Below, in pieces: positions 19,577-29,403 of a stretch of DNA of 64,000 bases (position 1 is the stretch's first letter; every line of letters starts with the position of its first letter). A program made the translations under genes and the position numbers. Below the pieces are notes generated by a model. That model had not been told where the DNA came from. It ran no database searches and saw only the letters and a program-made list of their open reading frames with translations. The DNA is from a virus (Duplodnaviria; Caudoviricetes), in the IMG/VR virus record IMGVR_UViG_3300020048_000007, positions 64,001-128,000 of that record; one strand, 5' to 3'.

Positions 19577-20182
19577 TCATAGCCCAATACCATTGTCGAG
19601 CCATCTCGCCTCCCCCTTATAAACCACAGCGCGCCATTCGAATGGATAAAGAAAGTTGGTGGGGATGTACTCCTCAACATCTTCCTTTGTTGGAAAGAGG
19701 ATCATTGCACCAAATCTTTTTACCAGTTTTTTATTTTCGATGCGCTCAATCGCCCAAACGATTGGCCTGCTCGCCAATTCGGCTTCAAGCTCGGCAATCT
19801 GCAATGTGCTGCAAATAGGTTTATCATTATCCACCCGAAGCTCATCGATCTCTGTTATGGCTGTGCCACGCTCCCAATGATCCCTTATGTGCTCCAAATA
19901 TTCCCTTATTTGCTCTTCGCATCCAGACATAGCTTTTTCAAGGCTATCATATTCGCTGGTTCCAATGTCGTGCTCGTCAGTCCATAGTTGAGCCCTGTAA
20001 GTAACGCAATCCGCCAAGATAGGCAGATCAGTATAAACACACGGAACATGCATGTTGATCATGGCTGTGATGGTTCCCGACCTCAAACGCCATTCTTCAT
20101 CTCCGTAATAATACCAACGATCAGGAAGTTCCATTATATCGGCCTCCAGTGTGTGACGGTTCCTGTGTGATTGCTGGCGCAC
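19577..20182 (-). CDS. Hypothetical protein
   Basis: ORF track; start probably MELPDRW. Confidence 0.55.
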   Translation of the reverse strand: MRQQSHRNRHTLEADIMELPDRWYYYGDEEWRLRSGTITAMINMHVPCVYTDLPILADCVTYRAQLWTDEHDIGTSEYDSLEKAMSGCEEQIREYLEHIRDHWERGTAITEIDELRVDNDKPICSTLQIAELEAELASRPIVWAIERIENKKLVKRFGAMILFPTKEDVEEYIPTNFLYPFEWRAVVYKGEARWLDNGIGL

Positions 20183-20511
20183 TCGTACTCAATATCATCT
20201 GCGATGTGTTCGTGGATGTTATGAGGGACCATCCAGGATATGCAACCTTTTGGATAGTCTGAATTTAATTCTTCCACACATAGTAGCTGTATCAGGTTAT
20301 AGGGGTGCTCGGTTTTAGCCAACACAACTACGCCAATCGGCGGCCAAGTATCTGGATTGGCGGCAAGCTCGATCCATTTCTGCATCAGATCGGACCCCAT
20401 TGAATCACTCTCGTTCTCATCAGGTTCTCCTGTTGGTGAGTCGGGAGGATCAACCCCCCCCCGACAGATTACTGTGGCATGATATTCAAGCGGTGTCAAT
20501 ATTAAAATCAA
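20134..20511 (-). CDS. Hypothetical protein
   Basis: ORF track; true start uncertain. Confidence 0.45.
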   Translation of the reverse strand: MILILTPLEYHATVICRGGVDPPDSPTGEPDENESDSMGSDLMQKWIELAANPDTWPPIGVVVLAKTEHPYNLIQLLCVEELNSDYPKGCISWMVPHNIHEHIADDIEYECASNHTGTVTHWRPI

Positions 20512-21074
20512 GCGGTGTCATTGTTCATCTCTATTTGCTGTAGTCGCTTGATCTCGGCTATTAACACAAGGATGGCTGTCGGATTAGCCATCATCAAAAA
20601 CCGATCTGTTGAACTGGATGTAGAATCCGCGACTAAGTCATCGTTTGCATCTCTTATTGTGTTACCGGCTCTCCAAGGGTGCGGGTGGTCTTGTAAAACA
20701 GCCCTGGCAGCTTTTTCGATTTCTTCCAGGTCGAAAGAGTCCATCCGGCAATCAGCCACCCAACGCCCAATCTTAAGGTTAAGCAACCCTTCTCTGAGGT
20801 TACATAGCCTCACTTGTAGATCGTGTTCTAGAGCATAGATGCGGTGCTTGAATGCGTCTGAAGGCGAATTTTGTCGGATTTTTGAGCAGTAGGCGATTTC
20901 GGAATGGGTCGCCTCGATTTGTGCGGCGTACTCCTCTTCAAATGGCATGGACGGATTTACTGGCTGGTACGGAGTGGTCATCTTATTGCCCCATTTCTGC
21001 TCGTTGCTTGGCTTCAAGAATATCTGATTTTCTATGGTCGTATATCGTACACGTGTTCCGATAATGCGTGGCAA
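20508..21074 (-). CDS. Hypothetical protein (phage PxPW...ANP family-like)
   Basis: HPHPWRAG...FLMMANPTAILVLIAEIKRL; start probably MTTPYQP. Confidence 0.55.
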   Translation of the reverse strand: MPRIIGTRVRYTTIENQIFLKPSNEQKWGNKMTTPYQPVNPSMPFEEEYAAQIEATHSEIAYCSKIRQNSPSDAFKHRIYALEHDLQVRLCNLREGLLNLKIGRWVADCRMDSFDLEEIEKAARAVLQDHPHPWRAGNTIRDANDDLVADSTSSSTDRFLMMANPTAILVLIAEIKRLQQIEMNNDTA

Positions 21075-21258
21075 GGGTTACTTCTACATCATAAGGGACT
21101 CCCCATATGCTACTCCATGTGGTACCTTCTGTCCATTCGTCTATTAGTTCCTGGCATTTGTCATAATGGCCTGGCGTATACGTGCAAATAAACACAGTAC
21201 CATTACGCCGTACAGGATGCGTTCTGAGAGGGTTATTTTTATCTGTCACTCTGAACAT
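20983..21258 (-). CDS. Small hypothetical protein
   Basis: ORF track. Confidence 0.45.
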   Translation of the reverse strand: MFRVTDKNNPLRTHPVRRNGTVFICTYTPGHYDKCQELIDEWTEGTTWSSIWGVPYDVEVTLATHYRNTCTIYDHRKSDILEAKQRAEMGQ

Positions 21259-21895
21259 CTCCCATCTTCTGGGTGCTTATGAAATCACCAGACTTCATCC
21301 ACTTACCGTGCTCTAAAGACAATACATCCTCAGCGGCCTGAATAATAACAAGCGAATGAGTCGCTATTATTATTTGACACTTGCTTTCACTAGCCCTTGT
21401 GACCTCATCCCAGACTTTAAACTGATTTCTTAACGATAAACCGGCCTCAGGCTCATCCAACAAGATCACACTATCCTTCACCTTTTTGAGACAGTCAACC
21501 GTATACATTTTTAAAACCTCACCATGAGACTTAAATCTAGACATGATTGACCCGACATAGCCAATACCAATATCCTCACCGTTAGCCTTAGAGTAAAGCG
21601 TCGGATCAGTGGTCCTGGGATTCATATGCTCTGAATCAAAATAAAATGAATTCACTCCCTTTAAACCAAGAGGAGTTAGCTGCAGATCTAAAAATTTAGC
21701 CTGGGCTTGTAACCCCTTCAATAATGTTGATTTACCACAGCCCTGATCACCGACTATGACCGTTATGTCTCTGAATCTGAATTTTTTACCCTTTTTGAAG
21801 CATCTGTGCTGGCTAGCGATTTTCGCCTGTTCAATGTACACTAGTGACTCCTCTTCTTGATTGTGTGACTCTAACCAGTCATTAATGGCAAGCAA
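21239..21895 (-). CDS. ABC/AAA_21-type ATPase
   Basis: Walker A GDQGCGKST, SHGE signature, LLDEPEAGLS, IATHS. Confidence 0.85.
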   Translation of the reverse strand: MLAINDWLESHNQEEESLVYIEQAKIASQHRCFKKGKKFRFRDITVIVGDQGCGKSTLLKGLQAQAKFLDLQLTPLGLKGVNSFYFDSEHMNPRTTDPTLYSKANGEDIGIGYVGSIMSRFKSHGEVLKMYTVDCLKKVKDSVILLDEPEAGLSLRNQFKVWDEVTRASESKCQIIIATHSLVIIQAAEDVLSLEHGKWMKSGDFISTQKMGDVQSDR

Positions 21896-21912
21896 TCAAG
21901 TCGGCGTCAATA

Positions 21913-23592
21913 TCAGACCTTTTCTAATCTGAAACCATAGACCACAATAGTTTCATTATACCCATCATGCTTAATATCACCAGCACCCTGCACTATATCA
22001 ACACCGTGCATATCTATTGACTTATCTAAGATAATATCATAATAAACCCCAGTGCCATCCCCAATAGTAACAAAAGTCATGTCCTTCATTTTCCTGTGGC
22101 AAGCCACGAGACCCCTAAAATCAAGCCAATCACCTTCCCTCCGAAAATGCAATCCATTCGGAATCACATCCTTAAACCACGACCCAAAACGGTCATATTG
22201 CTCCTTAATGTCCGGCTCAAATAGCCACATCTGATACTGAGGCTTCTTAAGAGACTGCTCATGAAGATACCACTTCGGCCTTCCCATGTCTATCTTGAGC
22301 CCGGCCTTCTTAGCTTCCTGAATATAAACCCACGGCCTGTACATCGATTTACAGTGATTCAACGTCGCCTTCCAAAATCTGTGCGGATTATACACCTTCT
22401 GATAAGCCAAAGCCCACACAAGATACGCATAACTTAACGCATGCGACTTGCAAAACGAATACATCTTTATCTGTAAAAGATCTGAGATAATAATATCCAC
22501 ATCTGGATGATGCGATATCTTCTGCTTGAACTCATCGATAATCTTAAAGTTATTCTTAGCAAACGCCCTCCTATAATAATCTGCCCGATCCTCTGAGCAC
22601 CCCAGCAGACCCTGTATCTGTTGTATCGCATCATCCTCAAACACTATCTGAGTTATCTTCCTCTCTTCATTCCACGTATCCAAAAAAGTCTTCTTTCTAC
22701 CTCTAGACGCAGCCGCAGGACGTATTAAAGCCAGAGCAACAGCCAATTCCTGGATATTCTTCGGCTTTACCGCCTTAGCTGCCTTCCTAAACGTCGGAGA
22801 CTCAGCGAATGTGATCCCAGTCACATCCCCTGAAGCAAATAATTCAGCTATCTTAGGATCATTATCAGGATATGAACTCAGAGCCCTCTGATCAATATCA
22901 AGCAGCTGGGCTAAAGCACGATTGCATAATAAGTCAATCTTTAAAATGCCTAGCTCATCCACATCATTTTTATCATAATAAATCTGGTTCCTGCCTATCA
23001 GCAAGTCTCTCGGCACTTCATCTTCAAAGAACACTAGACCACCACAGTGAAGGGAGAAATGAGAGTGCTGGTCCATAAGACACTCAGCTAGCTCTAAGAC
23101 TCTCTCTTCCTTCCCAGGCATTAAATCTTTTACGTTCGCTTTTCTGGGTATCTTAGACTTACATCCAAGTCTACGCATGGCTTCTCTAATAGCCCCGTCT
23201 TTCCTGTAGTGTATCCGGTTGCTTATCCTCGCTACTTTTTTAGGCCATTTATCAAATATTTTTTCTATTATCTCGTCTCTTCTATCGTATGGGAAGTCTA
23301 AATCTATGTCTGGATTATCTGGTCTATGGTCATTCATAAATCGAGCTAATGATATGTTATCTCTTATTGGGTCTATTTCGCTTATGCCCATTAGATAACT
23401 CACTAAGCTACATGACGCTGATCCTCGCGTTATATGGGGTATACCATCAGCGATTTTTATGATGTCGTCTACTTTTTCGAATATGCACGAGAACTTAAAT
23501 TTCTCAATCAGTTCGAATTCTCTACTCAACCTATCATGATATTGCTTTTGAGGAGGTATTGGCCTTTTGAATCGTTCTATGAGATTATGCAT
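21913..23592 (-). CDS. dnaE: DNA polymerase III alpha (DnaE) catalytic core lacking the PHP domain
   Basis: RGSASCSLVSYLMGI, PDIDLDF, HCGG, KIDLL, YSFCKSHA motifs; 559 aa; OB-like C-terminus. Confidence 0.85.
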   Translation of the reverse strand: MHNLIERFKRPIPPQKQYHDRLSREFELIEKFKFSCIFEKVDDIIKIADGIPHITRGSASCSLVSYLMGISEIDPIRDNISLARFMNDHRPDNPDIDLDFPYDRRDEIIEKIFDKWPKKVARISNRIHYRKDGAIREAMRRLGCKSKIPRKANVKDLMPGKEERVLELAECLMDQHSHFSLHCGGLVFFEDEVPRDLLIGRNQIYYDKNDVDELGILKIDLLCNRALAQLLDIDQRALSSYPDNDPKIAELFASGDVTGITFAESPTFRKAAKAVKPKNIQELAVALALIRPAAASRGRKKTFLDTWNEERKITQIVFEDDAIQQIQGLLGCSEDRADYYRRAFAKNNFKIIDEFKQKISHHPDVDIIISDLLQIKMYSFCKSHALSYAYLVWALAYQKVYNPHRFWKATLNHCKSMYRPWVYIQEAKKAGLKIDMGRPKWYLHEQSLKKPQYQMWLFEPDIKEQYDRFGSWFKDVIPNGLHFRREGDWLDFRGLVACHRKMKDMTFVTIGDGTGVYYDIILDKSIDMHGVDIVQGAGDIKHDGYNETIVVYGFRLEKV

Positions 23593-23655
23593 GTATTCTC
23601 AGTATTCATATATTTTTCAAGCACCTAAATATATATCTAACGGCAGTATAGTTCA

Positions 23656-23814
23656 CTACCTATTTAACGCAGCTATAAATTGTAATGCAAGTATGATAAT
23701 GAATACTATCGCTATTGGTTGGCCGTTTGATGCCATTGCTACCAATACTAGCACACCAAAAAGGCCAAAAATAGCATTGCCTACCGTCACACCATCTCTA
23801 TAATAGCTGCTCAT
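23656..23814 (-). CDS. Unlisted 52 aa two-TM membrane peptide
   Basis: Hand translation: MSSYYRDGVTVGNAIFGLFGVLVLVAMASNGQPIAIVFIIILALQFIAALNR*. Confidence 0.6.
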   Translation of the reverse strand: MSSYYRDGVTVGNAIFGLFGVLVLVAMASNGQPIAIVFIIILALQFIAALNR

Positions 23815-23865
23815 CGTATCTTCCTATCTATGGTTTTAGGATATTATAACCCAACGGTTTCATTG

Positions 23866-24102
23866 TCATCCATTTCTGTTCCCCATCGCATTGGGTGATA
23901 CCCTGTTAACAATTTTATGGAATTGTCTCCGAGCTTTCCAATGTTGTCCAAAAAAGCACGGGTCATCCCCAGTCATGATATTCGGCCTTGTGCGGAGAGT
24001 ATAGGGCAAGCCCAAGGGATCTTCGTCTTTTTCCTTGACCAACTCTATTGTGATACCATTCACTGTAACAGAGTTGATCATTATCAGGTCATCTTCAAGC
24101 AT
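23866..24102 (-). CDS. Small hypothetical protein
   Basis: GGAGG RBS. Confidence 0.55.
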   Translation of the reverse strand: MLEDDLIMINSVTVNGITIELVKEKDEDPLGLPYTLRTRPNIMTGDDPCFFGQHWKARRQFHKIVNRVSPNAMGNRNG

Positions 24103-24167
24103 GAAATTCCTCCCATATATCTTAATGTTCTTTATTTGATTTGTAAATGCTAGGTTGCCTTACCTTC

Positions 24168-24515
24168 CTAATAGTCTGGGCATTGTTTTGTCGCCGGAGA
24201 CCATTTTATACCACCAAGGCATATATGATCTGCCGGATAGGATATTACATACAAGATGCGAGTAGAACACGGTGTGATCACGATCCTTAGAGCCTCGTCA
24301 TCGACCGCCATTGCGGCTTTAATTAGAGATTTAGTCAACGCATTCGGCTCGGTTTTATGCCTTTCTACCTCGCTTCTCGCCGCCTGCTGCAGCTCCTCGA
24401 TTTCCAATAGCCTGTCTTCATCCAGCCCTGAGTGTCCGGACGCTAGCCATTGTAACGCATCGATTTTTAGCCTGCTAAACAGCTCTAATACATCCACTAT
24501 CTGATCTATAGTCAC
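24168..24515 (-). CDS. Hypothetical protein
   Basis: GTGA overlap with the upstream gene. Confidence 0.5.
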   Translation of the reverse strand: MTIDQIVDVLELFSRLKIDALQWLASGHSGLDEDRLLEIEELQQAARSEVERHKTEPNALTKSLIKAAMAVDDEALRIVITPCSTRILYVISYPADHICLGGIKWSPATKQCPDY

Positions 24516-24733
24516 GCTCCAGCCCCCATCATCATTTCTGCTCCCCCGTGTAATAGTTCACTTTTTGAATCGTAAACCATAATATGTCCCTCTTTGGTAT
24601 ATTGTAGGATCATGTAAGTCATGCATAATCCGAATTCTTGAAGACTGATAGCATAGATCTTGGCGTCTGCTATACTTCTAAATGTACCATGACAAGCGAT
24701 CTGGCTGGTGTCGTTAAGCGTATACATATCCAC
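24512..24733 (-). CDS. Small hypothetical protein
   Basis: GAGGAG RBS. Confidence 0.55.
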   Translation of the reverse strand: MDMYTLNDTSQIACHGTFRSIADAKIYAISLQEFGLCMTYMILQYTKEGHIMVYDSKSELLHGGAEMMMGAGA

Positions 24734-24927
24734 TGCTCCTCGAAATGAAATGTTGTGTTAGGGTGCTCATAGCTCATCTGGCACAGCGTCGATGTATACG
24801 ACGTTCTCAAGGGTATCATACCATACGGAGAGAGCCAGTTCTTCATGGATGGTCTCAAATTCGTACCGTAAAGAAACCGTGGCGCTTTGTTCTAATTGTA
24901 AGAGCTTTTCGATTAGCTCAGCGATAG

Positions 24928-25365
24928 TCATTGTCTTCTCATTTTGACTGGAGCAGAGATCGGCGGGTCATCATCTACTTCGATAAATTCTTCTTGAAGA
25001 ATTTCTTTAACAGTAGCTTCGTCGATCACGCTAGCCCAAATACGTATATCTTCGAGTGCCTCATCACTTGTGTTAAGATATTTTTTAGGTTTGTCATTTA
25101 TGTTAAAGCGAGGAATGTGTCTATCTGTGCCGTCTGTATACAGAATTGGAAATTCGCCTTCATTCATCTCTTCCACACAAGCCCTTTTAGCATTCTTGAT
25201 GCAGTCGAATTCGCCCAATCGGGTTAAAGTTGTGGGAATGTTGTTGATCTGCCAGACGCGAGCCCCGTAGAATACTTCGTCAATCAGCCAGACCGAAGCC
25301 ATCTTGTCGCCGATTGTAAGCGACCAGCTTCTACCGTCAATTGTTGTCCAGATCATACAATACAA
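24928..25365 (-). CDS. Hypothetical protein
   Basis: GGAGG RBS. Confidence 0.6.
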   Translation of the reverse strand: MYCMIWTTIDGRSWSLTIGDKMASVWLIDEVFYGARVWQINNIPTTLTRLGEFDCIKNAKRACVEEMNEGEFPILYTDGTDRHIPRFNINDKPKKYLNTSDEALEDIRIWASVIDEATVKEILQEEFIEVDDDPPISAPVKMRRQ

Positions 25366-25380
25366 TTCCTCCGCTCTAGA

Positions 25381-25641
25381 TTACCAGTTGTTTTTAGAAT
25401 CCTGAAGCACTATCAACTGCCGCACCAACGCAGGATTAGCCTTGCCGTCAAGAGCCATCATAATCTGAACTAACAAAAAATTCTTTACAGAGTCAGGATT
25501 TTTCTTGCCAGTCTTGAATTCTTCCATCACCTTGGAATTCAACTCTAAAACACCTCTAATCGCTTTTAATATCTGAATTTCATCATTAAGCCTTCCAGTT
25601 TGATTAGGACCGCTCAGATCGATATCCTTGATATCGCTCAT
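25381..25641 (-). CDS. Small hypothetical protein
   Basis: Tightly packed ORF with RBS. Confidence 0.6.
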   Translation of the reverse strand: MSDIKDIDLSGPNQTGRLNDEIQILKAIRGVLELNSKVMEEFKTGKKNPDSVKNFLLVQIMMALDGKANPALVRQLIVLQDSKNNW

Positions 25642-25643
25642 CC

Positions 25644-25853
25644 CTACTCCTCATTTAATTTAGACATAGGAATATAGGTGGTTTCGCACCCACCTTCCTC
25701 ATCGAAAGCCTCGACCGCTATGGCAGGAACACAGTCCCCCATGTAGTCCTCGCACGGCGCAAGATCGCCCAGCCCGCAACCACATTCACCATTGCACAGT
25801 CCGTCAGCACCTAACTGCCTGAGCTGAATTGCTATCATATCAAGAACTCTCAT
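25644..25853 (-). CDS. Small Cys-rich protein
   Basis: DGLCNGECGCGLGDLAPC...DCVP. Confidence 0.6.
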   Translation of the reverse strand: MRVLDMIAIQLRQLGADGLCNGECGCGLGDLAPCEDYMGDCVPAIAVEAFDEEGGCETTYIPMSKLNEE

Positions 25854-25856
25854 TGT

Positions 25857-26093
25857 TTAGTCCCTATCCCCATAGTTCTCAATATCATATTGCTCAGCCT
25901 CATAGTACATCGCCAACTCTATATTCTCCGCCTCTTCTTGGCACGCTAGCATCAATTCATGGCTGCATGGGACTGGTTTCACAGTATGATACATCCACAC
26001 AATATAATGCGGATCTATAATCGACACATCACCAGGCGTCATACCTCTATACTTGCCAAAAGTAAGACAAACCTCATCAATATCCTTAGACAT
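25857..26093 (-). CDS. Small protein, DUF3820/ExoX C-terminal-like
   Basis: LTFGKYRGMTPGDVSIIDPHYIVWM. Confidence 0.6.
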   Translation of the reverse strand: MSKDIDEVCLTFGKYRGMTPGDVSIIDPHYIVWMYHTVKPVPCSHELMLACQEEAENIELAMYYEAEQYDIENYGDRD

Positions 26094-26156
26094 CTATCAC
26101 TCCTATTCTATAACACATAAAATACAAAAGGGCTACTGAAGCAATAATAATAAAAG

Positions 26157-26164
26157 TAAATATA
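26157..26164 (+). promoter_or_regulatory. Late-type promoter motif TAAATATA upstream of the glycan-modification cluster
   Basis: About 30 nt upstream of the first gene; same octamer as before the portal gene. Confidence 0.55.
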
Positions 26165-26194
26165 GCGACATTCCATGCAATTCCATAGGACACT

Positions 26195-26929
26195 GTGATG
26201 ATAATCGCATACTATCCAATTCACTACGGCTCAGATTACTTAGGTTACAGTATCAAAAGCATATATGACCGAGTTGACCAGATCCATATTTTATATGCAC
26301 AGAACCCCTCACACGGGCATGGCACAAATCTTAAAAACCCAGACACATTCGGTAAATTACTAGAAGCTAGCTCGCAATTCGGAGACCCCCATAATAAAAT
26401 AGTATGGCATCACGGTGAATGGCCATACGAAGGTGCTCAACGAGACACTATTAATAAAATCGCTTCAAAAGTAAACGCAGACATGATATTGGCAGTCGAT
26501 GCAGATGAAATATGGGACGAAAACGTTCTAGACCAGGCAATAACAGACGCATTCCAAAATAACAAAAAATTTAACCTAATCAGAATGTTAACGTTCTGGC
26601 GATGCTTCAATAAAGTAGTAACAGATGAAATGTGCCCAAACAGGATAATTCTACCAAAAGCAGAAGAAGGTACAAATTATCTTACCGGCAGGGTCCACCA
26701 CTTCGGATACGCCAGAACAATCGAAAACATAGAATACAAAATGTCGATCCACGGCCACAAAAACGAATGGCGAAAAGAATGGATAGACATATACAAAAAT
26801 TGGCCCCACTCAAGAAACACAGACCTGCACCCAACATGCGAAAACATGTGGACCGTAGAAGATTTTGATAAAACCACCCTGCCAGATTTCATGCACCAAC
26901 ACCCATACTACGATTTAGAAATAATCTAA
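26195..26929 (+). CDS. GT-A fold (GT2-like) glycosyltransferase
   Basis: AVDADEIW DxD motif; HHFGYAR...YKMSIHGH. Confidence 0.75.
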   Translation: MMIIAYYPIHYGSDYLGYSIKSIYDRVDQIHILYAQNPSHGHGTNLKNPDTFGKLLEASSQFGDPHNKIVWHHGEWPYEGAQRDTINKIASKVNADMILAVDADEIWDENVLDQAITDAFQNNKKFNLIRMLTFWRCFNKVVTDEMCPNRIILPKAEEGTNYLTGRVHHFGYARTIENIEYKMSIHGHKNEWRKEWIDIYKNWPHSRNTDLHPTCENMWTVEDFDKTTLPDFMHQHPYYDLEII

Positions 26930-26938
26930 GAGGTAAAA

Positions 26939-27445
26939 ATGGGCGAGCTAATAATGGGCAAAGGATCATACGGAAGTATAGTGAGACGAGGAGTCCACAA
27001 TAGTATCACAGTTGGTAATTATTGCTCCATAGCAGAAGGATGCATCTGTGACGGCGGTTTCGGCCACAACACCAAATTTGTAACAACATATCCTTTAAAC
27101 GTCAACATGAGAGACTGCAGTCAACTTACCGGACACCCTGTCTGGAAAGGAGACATCATAATAGGTAATGATGTATGGATCGGTGAACATTGTATGCTCA
27201 TGAGCGGAATAAAAATTGGAGATGGAGCAGTAATCGGCGCTAGATCGATAGTCACCAAAGATATACCACCATACACAATAGCGGCAGGCTCCCCAGCCAG
27301 AGTAATCAAAAAACGATTCACCGATGATCAAATAGAAAAGTTGTTAAAAATAAAATGGTGGGACTGGGACGAACAAAAAATAGTCGACAATGCTCACCTG
27401 TTAATGAACACTAATATCGACAATTTCACATCTTTGCACCTCTGA
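26939..27445 (+). CDS. CatB/Vat-like hexapeptide-repeat O-acetyltransferase
   Basis: [10 protein letters not shown]...[41 protein letters not shown]. Confidence 0.9.
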   Translation: MGELIMGKGSYGSIVRRGVHNSITVGNYCSIAEGCICDGGFGHNTKFVTTYPLNVNMRDCSQLTGHPVWKGDIIIGNDVWIGEHCMLMSGIKIGDGAVIGARSIVTKDIPPYTIAAGSPARVIKKRFTDDQIEKLLKIKWWDWDEQKIVDNAHLLMNTNIDNFTSLHL

Positions 27446-27455
27446 AAGAAACCAA

Positions 27456-28016
27456 ATGCTAGATTCTGCTAGAAACCTGTCGACGACAACAAGAGAAACT
27501 GTAAGCCAAACAGACCTATCTAAAAACATACATAAAATAGAGAACACTTTTGCTCATTATTATACGGCTTCCCCAGGTGCTGAACATTATAGGCTATTAG
27601 CACATATCAGTTATTTCACTAACGGAACCAATATCCTAGACATCGGAACTTATCTAGGATATTCATCGATAGCATTAAGCCAAAACAATAACAATAAAAT
27701 TATTTCATACGACGTTAACAAACAACACAACCAAGAAGATCACGATAATGTTACTTATCGGATAGGTGATGCTAGAGACTTTGAGGATTTTGAAAACACA
27801 AAAGTGATATTGTTAGATACATATCACGACGGTGTATATGAAGAAAAATTCATAGAACATTTAAGATCGATAAAATGGCATGGGTTACTCATCATGGATG
27901 ATATCCATGAATACCCGCAGTTGAAAGAATTATACGACAAATTGCCAGAAGAAAAATACGACATTACAAATATTGGTCACTGGTCAGGGACTGGTATAGT
28001 ACTATTTCAAAGATAA
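27456..28016 (+). CDS. Class I SAM-dependent methyltransferase
   Basis: ILDIGTYLGYS, ILLDTYHDG, LIMDDI. Confidence 0.75.
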   Translation: MLDSARNLSTTTRETVSQTDLSKNIHKIENTFAHYYTASPGAEHYRLLAHISYFTNGTNILDIGTYLGYSSIALSQNNNNKIISYDVNKQHNQEDHDNVTYRIGDARDFEDFENTKVILLDTYHDGVYEEKFIEHLRSIKWHGLLIMDDIHEYPQLKELYDKLPEEKYDITNIGHWSGTGIVLFQR

Positions 28017-28053
28017 ACTAAAACTCCCTTAATCAATTGGATATCGCGATATA

Positions 28054-28692
28054 ATGATAAATCTTGATAGGATCACGGCTGTTTGCTGGGATGGACGGCC
28101 TTTGACACCGGAGCGCTCATCTAGATATCAAGCTATTTTTAAGCATATGTCAAACAAGTTCAAATTTGCTGCGATTAACTTATATATAAATGGTAGCTTT
28201 AACTATGAAGGAGTGAAAGTTACCAACATTAATGAATCTAGCATAAACGATTACAATATATGGTGCCAAACCAAATTAGCTGACTCTTTTAACACTGATT
28301 TTGTTTTAGTATTTCAAGACGATGGCTTCCCAATACATCCTGATAATTGGAAAAACGAGTTTTACGAATATGACTACATAGGTGCGCCATGGCCCTTATA
28401 TATAGGATGGCCAAAAGAAAATTTTCAGGTAGGTAATGGCGGTTTTAGTTTAAGATCGAAGAAAATATGCACAAGAGTACAAAAATTCCCTGTTACAACT
28501 AGCAATGAAGATGCAGTTCTCTGCTCAAATTATAAACCATTGCTGGAGAAAGAGGGCTTTAAATGGGCACCCATAGATGTGGCTAAAAGCTTTGCTATTG
28601 AATTCCCAATAGACGAAAAACATTCATTAGCCAGCGTATTTGGATATCATGGAAATGTGCATAATCATGATATATCTAAGATTATATTTTGA
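28054..28692 (+). CDS. DUF5672-like putative glycosyltransferase
   Basis: LVFQDDG...YDYIGAPW...VGNGGFSLRSKK. Confidence 0.8.
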   Translation: MINLDRITAVCWDGRPLTPERSSRYQAIFKHMSNKFKFAAINLYINGSFNYEGVKVTNINESSINDYNIWCQTKLADSFNTDFVLVFQDDGFPIHPDNWKNEFYEYDYIGAPWPLYIGWPKENFQVGNGGFSLRSKKICTRVQKFPVTTSNEDAVLCSNYKPLLEKEGFKWAPIDVAKSFAIEFPIDEKHSLASVFGYHGNVHNHDISKIIF

Positions 28693-28767
28693 AGCAGTGT
28701 TTTGATTCTACTAGGCCGAAAAACGTTGTAACAACGGACGATTAAAAATAATATGAGGAGCTAAATA

Positions 28768-29403
28768 ATGAGCATTATGATAGGCATACCTGTAATTTAT
28801 AATGAGACTTGTGTAAGAATATGCTTAGAACACTTAAAAAATCAAAACACCGAATTATTCATAATAGACAACAACTCAGAAGAATCGATCAAAAAACTAA
28901 TCGAACCATATAAAAAAATAGTAAACGCACAAAACGTATACGTGAACCCAGCATGGAACCAAATACTAGAGGAATTCCTTAAAACAGACCATGACCTATT
29001 AGTCATAATGAATAGCGATCTATACCTTAATCACGACGTGATAAAGAAACTAAGCGAACTAGACTTAGATAGAGATAAAACCATAGCATGTCTAAACCTA
29101 GTAGACCTCTTCTATGAATGCGAGAGGCAAATAACCTATGTTAATGGTGGCGTAGCAGGCGTCTTTATCCCTTTAACCCAAAAAATGGCAAGAGAAGTAT
29201 ACCCAATACCGCCAGAACTAAAAATCTGGTACGGTGATAACTGGATATATGAAAAACTCAAAAAAATAGGCTACCAGCTAACAATATTTAACGATTTACA
29301 AGCCCAACACATCTGGAGCAGTAGCGTTGGCGTACTGCCAGAAGCACACCAAGTTATAGAACAGGACCAACTAGCATGGCCGACAGTACAGACACGCATC
29401 TGA
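28768..29403 (+). CDS. GT2-family glycosyltransferase
   Basis: IIDNNS, VNPAWN, IMNSDL, IWYGDNW. Confidence 0.8.
   Translation: MSIMIGIPVIYNETCVRICLEHLKNQNTELFIIDNNSEESIKKLIEPYKKIVNAQNVYVNPAWNQILEEFLKTDHDLLVIMNSDLYLNHDVIKKLSELDLDRDKTIACLNLVDLFYECERQITYVNGGVAGVFIPLTQKMAREVYPIPPELKIWYGDNWIYEKLKKIGYQLTIFNDLQAQHIWSSSVGVLPEAHQVIEQDQLAWPTVQTRI

Noticed and set aside
20486-20520. 13 bp direct repeat TCAAGCGGTGTCA x2 at a gene junction
   Set aside because: Short, two copies only, no associated mobile element; may be a small duplication scar
26939-27445. Antibiotic-resistance gene (cat/vat)
   Set aside because: The LbH acetyltransferase fold is shared with sugar O-acetyltransferases, and the context is a glycosyltransferase operon
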